Assembly (NCBI GenBank): GCA_963695335.1
Contig: OY968764.1
Location: 960,001 to 1,024,000 of the forward strand
Direction of reading: 5' to 3'
From: an uncultured bacterium
Lineage (GTDB): Bacteria; Babelota; Babeliae; Babelales; Vermiphilaceae
Length of the DNA: 64,000 nucleotides
This document shows, one piece after another, positions 22,301-34,300 of this stretch. Below the pieces are notes generated by a model. The model was not told the DNA's origin. It ran no database searches and was given only the letters and a program-made list of their open reading frames with translations. Position 1 is the stretch's first letter, and each line of letters begins with the position of its first letter. A program made the position numbers and the translations under genes.

Positions 22301-25300
22301 TTCCAACAAGCTACACAATTTCATTACCATCAACCGCACCAACAGCAAATCAAGTATTAAGCGCAAATGGAACTACCCCAACTAATTTACAATGGATTAC
22401 TCCTGGTACATCTGTTATTCCATTGAATAGTAGAACTATTTATGTTACACAATATGGTAATGATATAACAGGAAATGGTTCACTTACAGCTCCTTTTGCA
22501 AGTTTATCTCAAGCAATTAGTCTGGCTAATAGTCTTTCATCTAATCTTGATCCTATTTCTATTTTAATCAGCACAGGTACTTATATTGAAGATAATAGTA
22601 CCGGCCCTCTTACAGTAAATGCTGATGGCGTCTCTATTGTTGGTGATTCTTCTAATGGTGTGGTTATTATACCTAATACACCTACAAATAATTTCCTTCT
22701 TATCAATAATCCTATACAAATGATTAATTTAACGTTTGAATCAGCAGCTCCACTAGCAACTGGTATGACAATGTTTTCTAATAACTTATCAGTTCTTGAA
22801 AATATTTATATGTATAACTTTCTTGTGGGAATTGAGGGTGTTGGAGGGTTAAGTAATTCTTCATATGGCTTTAATAACTGTTTATTTATTGGTAATGGTA
22901 CAGCGCTATTAATTGATGGTGCGCATGCTGAATGTAATAGTTGTACTTTCTTTGGTACACCTTCTTTATCTGGTCCAGCCGCAAACACTGGTGTTGTGGT
23001 AACTGGATCGCTTGCTAATGCTGTTATATCTGGTGGTGTTATTGGTGTATGTACCACAGGTCTTCATGTAACTAATGATGCTATATGCACATCAAGTGCT
23101 ATCAGTTTTAGACTTAATAATTTTGATATTCTTCAAGATGGTGCATCACAGATGACATGTTCCGCATGTACATTTGAGTTGGCATCTGATTCATCAGATA
23201 TAAAAATACAAGTAGAAGATGCAGGAACATTTGCAGAGATAGTTGGTTGTTCATTTAATGGTAACAATGTTTCAAATGTTCCAGAAGGAATCGCTATACA
23301 AGTAACCGATAATGCATTTGTAGATATTGTAAGTAGTGTCATTATTAATTATGTGACTGGTATAGAAATTGGAACTTCTACCGATACAGCCTCAACAATT
23401 ATCTCTGCTGCATCATGTACAATTCGTAACTGTACAACAGACATTTTACAACAAGGATCTGCATCCTTAAATTATAATGCAAGTATTGCATCAAGTAATA
23501 AAATAACTATTAATGATGCTACTAATATTAGTTTATCTTATTTTGATTTAAATAATGACAATGCATTAACTATTGGCTCAACAGCGGATCAAGACATAAA
23601 CGTAATAGAACTGGCTATTGATCCTATAAATAATCCAGTATTTAATTATAAATCTTCGTTATATTCTACTCAAGCACTTGGCTTTGAAAACATCTATGGC
23701 AGTCCATCTTCTTTATATGCTCTCTCTGCTAATAATACAGATCTCATATCAATAACAACAGATCGGACCAAAATCGCTGGTTTACAACTTATTTCTGATA
23801 CAGGTTCGCCTGTTGGCGGAACTTCTGCATTACGTGGTTGGAATATTAATAAAAATGGTTCTTCTGCAGAACTTTCATTTAATTATGAAAATAGTGATAT
23901 GTCTGGTCTATCACTTGTACCAGCATATACATTGATGCAATTGGATGGCGTTAATAATCAGTTACAATTACCAACAGCTAACACACAAATAGTTTTTGAT
24001 ACTGACACTAATTTATATAGAAGTGCAGCAAATGTTTTACAAACAGATGACAATTTTATAGTAGGTACGTTAACTCCAAATCGTGTTGTAGCCACTGATC
24101 CCACAACTAATCAACTTATTTCAGGCGCAGCAACTGTAACTGAACTTGGTTATCTATCTGGTGTAACATCATCAATTCAAACACAAATTAACGGTAAAGT
24201 TGCAAAAGCTGGTGATTCAATGTCTGGTACCTTGAGTATGCTCACTCAAAATGCTATCCATTTTCAGGATAATGGAGGTAATTATGTTGGCATTAATGCA
24301 CAAGCAACAATTCCTTCAAGTTATACTGTATCTTTGCCAACAACTATTCCAACAGGAAGGCAAATTTTACGTGCTAATGCAACAACCCCAACCAATTTAG
24401 AATGGGCTGATGAAGGAGGATCGGTTGTTCCTGCAATTAGTCAAACAGTATATGTAACAATGTATGGTAGTGATGTTACTGGTGATGGTTCATTTGACCA
24501 TCCTTATGCAACACTTTCAAAAGCAATTTCTGTTGCTAATAGTCTTGCAAGTGCGAGTTATCCAATTGCTATTTTCATGGGGCCAGGTAATTATATTGAG
24601 GATAATAGTGCTGGACCATTAACTATCACATCAGCTGGCATTACTATCACTGGTAACTCTTCTAATACTACATTTATTATTCCCGATACATTATCAAATG
24701 ATTTGTTACTCATTAACGATACAGTCAATATTAGTAATATGACTTTTTTGGCAGATGGATTATCAACAGCATCTGGACTTTCTTTAACAACAGGAAATTT
24801 TGCTACATTTAACAATATACAAATTTTTAACTTTCAAACAGGGGTAAATGCTACTGGCACGAGTAGTATTTATGTATTTGATAATTGTCAGTTCATTAAT
24901 AATGGAACAGGAATATTTTCTAATGATACCAATATACAATGTAACAACTGTATTGTATTTGGAAATAGTACTGTAGCAACAAATATCGGTATTAATGTAA
25001 CAGGCGCAAGTTCATTTTTTGTTATGAGCGGAGGATCCTGTGCACTGTGTGTTACAGCTCTTATTATAGACAACAATACATCTGCTACTATTAATGCTGC
25101 TTCTTTTAAATTTAATAATACTGATATTATGCAAACAGGTGCATCGAGTGTAATACTCTCTAGTTGTACTTTTGAAGTAACAAACAATTCTTCAGATATT
25201 AATATTCAACTGAGTGGTGCCGGAACATCTGCTAATATTATTGGATGTGAATTTAATGGTGCAAGTTCACTTAATGTTCCTCAAGCAACAGCTTTCTTGG

Positions 25301-28300
25301 TTTCAAATAATGCTAGTCTCAATTTAAGTAGTTCTACGATTAAAAACTATACAACCGGTATACAAGTTGGCCTTTCAACCGATACATCTTTAACTGTATT
25401 AAATGCATCAAATATTACAACGCAAAATAACACAAATGATGTTATTCAAAATGGATCTACTACAGCAAATATTACAGCAAGTAGTATTGATCTTGATGCA
25501 ATTTCCATTAATGATTCTACCAATGTTACTATCGCTGCATTTGATACAGATGATAATAATACACTTACCATCGGCTCATTATCAGATGAAGATACTTCAT
25601 TGATACAAGCGGCAATCAACACTACAACGCATCCTGAAATTAAATATAAATCCTCTTTATATTCAACACAGGCGATAGGATTTAATAATCCTTTATCTAA
25701 TTCATCTTCATTATTTATACAATCTCTTGATAATGCAAATCTTACCGCGGTTACTACCGATAACACTGATATAGCAGGGTTGCGATTAGTTTCTGATACA
25801 GGTTCTCCTGTTGGTGGCACATCAGCATTGCGTGGTTGGGATATTAATAAAAATGCGTCTACTGCAGAACTTTCATTCAGCTTCCAAAATAGTGATGTGT
25901 CTGATAGTGAACCCGTAGTAACAGAATTCACTGTTATGCAACTTGATGGTTTTAATAATCTTGTACAATTGCCAACCGCTGGTACAAAAATTGTATTTGA
26001 TGGGGATACAAATTTATATAGAAGCGCTGCAAATGTTTTAAAAACAGATAGTAACCTTATTGTGGGCACATTAACACCAGGCTTTACAGTGATCACTGAT
26101 CCATCAACTAATGAGCTTGCATCAAGTGTCACAACTTCTACTGAACTCAGTTATGTACATGGCGTAACATCACCAATTCAAACACAAATTAATAGCAAAG
26201 TTGCAAAAGCAGGTGATTCTATGACGGGTACTCTTACTATGCTTGCTCAAAATGCAATTCATTTCCAAGATTCCGCAAGCAACTATGTTGGTATTAATGC
26301 TCCTGCAACAGTTACATCAAGTTATACATTATCTTTACCAACAACAGTGCCAACAGTAAGTCAAACGTTACGTGCGGGTGCAATAACTCCGACAAATTTG
26401 GAATGGGTTACTGAAGGAGGTGCAATTACCCCTGCAGTGAGTGAAACCATTTATGTGACACAATATGGTAATGATATTACAGGAGATGGATCATTTGATT
26501 CGCCATATGCAACTCTTGCGCAAGCCATTATAACTGCTAATAGTCTTGCAAATAGCAGTAATCCAATTGTTATTTTTATAGCACCTGGACTTTATATTGA
26601 AAATAATAGCGCAGGTGCACTTACTATTACTTCTAATGGTATTTCTATAGTTGGTGATTCAACTACTGGCGTAATGATCATGCCATCAACGCCTGCAAAT
26701 GATCTTTTACAAGCAAACACTACCATTCGTATTACTGATCTTACTTTACAATCATCTTCACCACTCGCAACTGGCTTTGTAATGAATGCTGGTAATTTAT
26801 CAACATGTAATAGTGTACGTTTTGTTAATTTTCTCACAGGAGTGTTGTGCTCAGGAGGAGCATCTCAACTGTATGGTTTTGATGCATGTATCTTCATTTC
26901 TAATACAACTGGATTAACTGTTAATGATAGTCGTGTTCAAACAATTGGATGTTCTTTCTTTGGTACACCGTCAGTGAGTAACCCTGCAGTCAATACGGGA
27001 ATAAATATAACAGGATCTGGAGCCAATGTTATTATTGATGGTGGTACGGTAGGAAAATGCAATATAGGATTTACTATTAATAATAATTCTACCATTACTA
27101 TTAGCTCAACAGCATTCAAATTTAATACTTTTGATGTTATACAAACAGGCGCATCACATATGGTTCTTAGTGGATCAAGTTTTGAACTTACCAATGGGAT
27201 TTCTGACGTTGATATACAGATAAGTGATTCGGGAACAATTGCTGAAATAATAGGATGTCAATTTAATGGCAATAGTTCACTTGGTGTGGCCGAAGGACAA
27301 TGTATTATGGTAAGTAATAATGCATTCCTTAGTATTAGTAATGGAAGTATACAAAACTATACAACGGCTCTGCAAATTGGTACATCAACTGATACTGCCT
27401 CAACAATCGCTGCTGTTTCTGGTTGCACAATTAGTAACTGTACAACCGATATTTTACAAGAAGGTTCTGCCACATTAAATTTTGATGCAGGTGCTATTTC
27501 AAGTAATAATATTACTATTAATGATTCTACAAATGTTAGTCTTGCATATTTTGATTTAAGCAATAACAATCAACTTACTATAGGATCAACATCTGATGTG
27601 AATACTGGTTTAATTGCAACAAATATTGGTACTAGTAGCAATCCCAGCATTGATTATATTTCATCGCTTTATTCTACTCAAGCAATAGGATTTTATAATC
27701 CATTATCTAATCCATCAACATTGTTTGTGCAATCTTCTGACAATGCAAATCTTACTGCAGTGACGACCGATAACACTGATTTGGCAGGATTAAGATTAGT
27801 TTCTGATACCGGTTCTCCAGTGGGAGGGACTTCTGCATTGCGCGGTTGGGATATTAATAAAAATGCGTCTACATCAGAACTATCATTCAGTTTCCAAAAT
27901 AGTGATGTGTCTGATAGTGAGCCAGTGGTATCAGAATTTACTGTTATGCAGCTTGATGGATTTAATAACCTTGTGCAATTACCAACAGCTGGAACAAAAA
28001 TTGTATTTGATGGTGATACCAATCTTTATAGAAGTGCTGCAAATGTTTTAAAAACTGATAGCAACTTTATTGTTGGTACATTAACACCAGGGTTTGCAGT
28101 AATTACTGATCCATCTACGAATGAACTTGAATCAAGCGTAACAACTTCTACCGAACTCAGCTATGTCCACGGTGTAATGTCATCCATTCAAACACAAATT
28201 AATGGTAAAGTTGCAAAAGCTGGCGATACTATGACTGGTACATTGGTATTACCTGCAGGTTCTGCTGCTGCTCCATCATTACAGTTTACCGGTAGTACAA

Positions 28301-31300
28301 ATACAGGTATTTCTGCATCTACCGCAAATACACTTTCATTTGATGTAAGTGGATCTGAACAGATGAATATTAGTTCATCTGGTGTTACTATTGATGTATT
28401 TAGTACAGCTGGTGTTGTACACAATAGCTCTGCAGGTCTATTATCAAGTTCATTGATTGTTGATGCAGATATTACTGCTGCGACCATTACCAATGATAAA
28501 TTGGCTGATATCTCAAGCTCTAATGTACCGGGTGATATTGTTGTCCGTGATTCTTCAGGCAATTTCCAAACAAATATGATAACTATTTTTGGTACTACAA
28601 CAAATAATACTGATGTTGCTACTAAAGCATATGTTGATACTGCCGTGACTACTGGTATTATTCCTCATACTCCTTGCGTTGTGGTGAGTACAAGCAATGT
28701 TGCTTTAACAGGATTGCAAACAATAGATGGTGTAACACTTGTAGCAAATGACCGTGTTCTTCTTGTTGGTCAAACTAATGAAGTACAGAATGGTATTTGG
28801 CTTGCCCAAAGTAGTGCATGGACATCTCCAACAGATTGGGTTTCAGGAGATGAGGCTGGTACAGCATATGTATTAATTACTGAAGGTGTAGATAATGCTG
28901 GATCAAGTTGGTTATGTAATACGCCAACGGCAATTATTGGTACTGATGATGTAACATTTGTAGAATTTAGTTTACCAAGTGCTACAACAGGTAATAACGT
29001 TGGTGGTGGATCAGGGCAAGTATATCAAAGCAAATCAGGTGTTACGTTAAACTTTAGAACATTAAGTGTTGCTGACACATATATGTCTATTGTTACCAAT
29101 AGTGATAATGTTGGATTTAGTACAAATGCGACAAGCGCAAATACAGCAAACGAGATTGTTGCTCGTGATAGTTCAGGGAATTTTTCTGCTGGTACTATTA
29201 CTGCAAGTTTAACAGGACATGCATCACTTGACCTCCCGTTAACAGGAGGCACATTGACTGGTACATTAATAGTACCAGCAGGAACGGTTGCTGCACCATC
29301 AATTGAATTTACCGGTAGCAGTACAGGAACTGGTATAGCAGCACCAACGGCTGACACTCTTTCCTTTGATATTGCTGGAACTGAACAAATGAATATTAGT
29401 TCTTCAGGAGTTACTATTGATGGATTAAGCACCACAGGAGTTGTTCATAATAGTGCAGCAGGGTTATTATCAAGTTCATTAATTGTAAATGCTGATGTTG
29501 CCCCAGCCGCTGCGATAGTTGACTCTAAACTAGCAACTATTTCTACAACAGGTAAAGTCGCTAACTCTGCAACTACTGCAACAAATCTTAATACAGCAAA
29601 TGCAATTGTTGCACGTGATGCATCAGGTAATTTTTCTGCAGGTACTATTACCGCAAGTTTAACAGGTGCTGCATCATTAAACGTTCTCAAAGCTGGTGAT
29701 ACTATGACGGGTGCACTACAATTACCAGCAGGAACCACAGCATTACCTTCACTTGTGTTTACGGGAAGTATAACAAGCGGACTTTCAGCAAGTACTGGTA
29801 ATTTATCATTCAGCACGAACGGCGTAGAACAGTTGAAAATATCATCAGGTGGAACAATTTCCATTGATGCATTTACTGCCGCAGGAATTGTACATAATAA
29901 TGCATCAGGTAACTTATCAAGTTCATTGATTGTTAATAGTGATGTCGATCCAAATGCTTCTATTGTTGATACAAAATTAAATACCATTTCTACAGCCGGC
30001 AAGGTTGCAAACTCTGCGACAACAGCAACAAATCTTAATACAGCAAATGCTATTGTTGCCCGTGATAGTAATGGTAATTTCTCTGCAGGAACAATCAGTG
30101 CAAACTTGATTGGTAATGTCACTGGTAATGTTACCGGACATGCATCATTAGATTTACCCCTTGCAGGGGGTATTATGACGGGGACATTGCAATTGCCAGC
30201 AGGAACTGCCGCTGCACCATCATTGCAATTTACCGGAAGCACAAACAGTGGTATATCAGCAGCTACTGCTAATACATTATCATTTGATAGTAATGGTATC
30301 GAGCAAATGAATATTAGTCCAAGTGGAGTTACTATTGATGGATTGAGTACAGTAGGAGTTGTACATAATAGTGCTGCAGGATTACTTTCAACATCATTAA
30401 TTGTTGATGCAGATATTACCGCTGCAACGATTACTAATGATAAATTAGCAAACATATCAAGTTCCAATGTTGCTAATGATATTGTTGTTCGTGATAGTTC
30501 AGGTAATTTTAGTGCAGGAACTATTACTGCAAGTTTAACTGGTAATGTTACAGGAAGTGCTTCTAATAACGTTCTTAAAGCTGGTGATACCATGACTGGT
30601 ACGTTACAACTACCAGCAGGAACCACCGCATTACCTTCTCTTGTGTTTACAGGTAGCACAACAAGTGGACTTTCAGCAAGTACTGGTAATTTATCATTCA
30701 GCACGAATGGCGTAGAACAGTTGAAAATATCTTCTGGCGGAATAATTTCAATCGATGCATTCACCACTCCAGGAATACTACACAATGATTCTTCAGGTAA
30801 CTTATCAAGTTCATTGATTGTTAATAGTGATATTAGTGCTACTGCTGCAATAACAGATAATAAATTAAATACCATTTCTACAGCTGGTAAAGTTGCTAAC
30901 TCTGCAACAACAGCGACAAATCTTGATACGTCAAATGCTATTGTTGCGCGCGATAGTTTAGGTAACTTCTCTGCAAGCACCATAACTGCAAGCTTAACGG
31001 GACATGCATCATTAGATCTTGCTTTGGCTGGTGGCACTATGACTGGTACTTTAACAATGCCAGCTGGTTCTATTACTTCTCCATCCATAGAGTTTACAGG
31101 CAGTAGTGCGGGAACAGGTATCACTGCAGCAACCACTGATATTCTTTCCTTTGATATTGCTGGAACTGAGCAAATGAATATCAGTTCTTCAGGCATTACT
31201 ATCAATGGATTAAGCACTGCAGGGGTTGTACATAATAGCTCTACAGGACTTTTGACAAGTTCATTAATTATAAATGCTGATATTGCTGCAAATGCTAATA

Positions 31301-34300
31301 TTGCCAATGGTAAATTGGCAACACTTACCACTCCCGGTTTGGTTGCTAACTCTGCAACAACCGCAACAAATCTTGACACAGCAAATGCTATTGTTGCACG
31401 TGATGCATTTGGCAATTTTAATGCAGGAAATATTGTTGCAAGTTTAACTGGCGCAGCTTCATTAAACGTTCTTAAAGCTGGTGATACTATGACTGGTGCA
31501 CTACAATTACCAGCAGGAACAACAACATTACCTTCACTAATATTTACTGGAAGTACAACAAGCGGACTTTCAGCAAGTACTGGTAACTTATCATTCAGCA
31601 CGAACGGCGTAGAACAATTGAAAATATCTTCTGGTGGAATAATCTCTATTGATGCATTTACCACTGCAGGAATACTGCATAATGATGCATCAGGTAACTT
31701 ATCAAGTTCATTGATTGTTAATAATGATATTAGTACTACTGCTGCAATAACAGATAATAAATTAAATACCATTTCTACAGCCGGTAAAGTTGCCAACTCT
31801 GCAACAACAGCAACAAATCTTAATACAGCAAGCGCAATTGTTGCACGTGATAGCTCCGGTAATTTCTCTGCAGGAACAATCAGTGCAAACTTGATTGGTA
31901 ATGTCACTGGTAATGTTACTGGACATGCATCATTAGATTTACCCCTTGCAGGGGGCACTATGACGGGAACTTTAATAATGCCGGCCGGTAGTGCTGCTGC
32001 CCCATCAATTCAATTCACCGGAAGCACTAATACTGGTGTATCAGCAGCTACTGCTAATACATTATCATTTGATAGCAATGGTGTTGAGCAAATGAATATT
32101 AGTCCAAGTGGAGTTACTATTGATGGATTGAGTACAATAGGAGTTGTGCATAATAATGCTGCAGGATTACTTTCAACATCATTAATCGTTGATGCTGATA
32201 TTACCGCTGCAACAATCACTAATGATAAATTAGCAAATATATCGAGTTCCAATGTTGCTAATGATATTGTTGTTCGTGATAGTTCAGGTAATTTTAGTGC
32301 AGGAACTATAACTGCAAGTTTGACTGGCGCAGCATCATCAAACGTTCTTAAAGCTGGTGACACTATGACTGGTACATTACAATTACCAGCAGGAACAACA
32401 GCATTACCTTCTCTGGTGTTTACGGGAAGTACAACAAGCGGACTTTCAGCAAGCGCTGGCAATTTATCATTCAGCACAAACGGTGTAGAACAGTTGAAAA
32501 TATCATCTGGTGGAACAATCTCTGTTGATTCATTTATGTCGGCTGGTGTTGTACATAATGATGCATCAGGTAACTTATCAAGTTCGTTGATTGTTAATAG
32601 TGATATTAGTGCTACTGCTGCAATAACAGATAATAAATTAAATACCATTTCTACAGCCGGTAAAGTTGCAAACTCTGCAACAACAGCCACAAGTCTTAAT
32701 ACAGCAAATGCCATTGTTGTGCGTGATAGTTCAGGGAATTTCTCTGCCGGTACAATTACTGCAAGTTTAAATGGTAATGCAACAACTGCAACATCAGCTG
32801 GAAGTTTTTCTGGATCATTGAGTGGAGATGTTACAGGCACTCAAAGTGCAACAGTAGTCAGTTTTGTTGGTGGACAAACCGCTGCCAATGTTGCAGCAGC
32901 AACAGTCCTTGCTAATGCTGCTACAAATCTTGATACTGCAAGTGCTATTGTTAAACGTGATAGTTCAGGGAACTTCTCTGCCGGTACAATTACTGCAAGT
33001 TTAAGTGGCAATGCGACAACTGCTACAACAGCAACAAATTTTTCTGGTTCATTAGTAGGTGATGTTACAGGTACTCAAGGAGCAACTGTTGTAAGCACTG
33101 TTGGTGGACAAACTGCTGCAAACGTTGCAGCAGCAACGGTTTTAGCTAATGCTGCTACAAATCTTGATACTGCAAGTGCTATTGTTAAACGTGATAGTTC
33201 AGGAAATTTCTCTGCAGGAACAATCACCGCAAACTTAATTGGTAATGTCACTGGACATGCATCATCAGATCTTGCACTTACTGGCGGTACTTTAACTGGA
33301 ACATTAACATTACCTGCAGGAACAGCGGCTTCTCCATCATTACAATTTACTGGAAGCACAAACAGTGGTATATCAGCTGCTACTGCAAATACACTTTCTT
33401 TTGATATTAATGGATCTGAACAAATGAAGATTAATTCTTCAGGTGTGACTATTGATGGATTGAGTACTGCGGGTGTTGTACATAATAGTGCTGCAGGATT
33501 ATTATCCACTTCATTAATAGTTGATGCTGATATTACCGCTGCAACCATTACTAATGATAAGTTAGCAAACATATCAAGTTCCAATGTTGCTAGCGATATT
33601 GTTGTTCGTGATAGTTCAGGGAACTTCTCTGCTGGTACGATCACTGCAAGTTTAAGTGGTAATGCGACAACTGCAACATCAGCCGGAAGTTTTTCTGGTT
33701 CATTAGTAGGTGATGTTACAGGTACTCAAGGAGCAACTGTTGTAAGCACTGTTGGCGGACAAACTGCTGCCAATGTTGCAGCAGCAACAGTGCTTGCTAA
33801 CGCTGCTACAAGTGCTAATACTGCAAGCACCATTGTTAAACGTGATGGAACAGGAAGTTTTGCTGCACAAGAAATAAGTATGAATGATGGTATTATTGCT
33901 GGCAACATTAATTTAACAACAACACCAAGCAGTTCAACAGCGGGTAATATTCTAAAAAATGGAACTCGATTTATTCATAATTTTGGTACAAATAACACAT
34001 TTGTTGGCTTAAGCGCTGGTAATTTTACTATGAGTGGTTCTGGGAATAATACTGCCATGGGGAACAGTGTATTAACAGCTAATAGTACTGGAGCATTCAA
34101 TACTGCAATGGGTAGCAGTGCATTAGCAGCCAATACTATTGGTGTTGATAATACTGCGATTGGTTATAATGCATTAACATTGAATATAACAGGCACTGAT
34201 AATACCGCACTTGGTTATAATACATTGAGTGCTGCTACAACAGGCAGTACTAATATTGCAATTGGTTCTGGTGCTGGAGGAACATTAACAACCGGTAGTG

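Noticed and set aside
29445..31958. 837-aa minus-strand ORF and the many other antisense ORFs inside the fibre genes (e.g. 694-1500, 12624-13457, 32010-32840, 46014-46580)
   Set aside because: They are mirror frames of repetitive Gly/Ala/Thr/Ser/Asn-rich coding sequence, repeat in step with the sense modules, and show no independent protein motifs.
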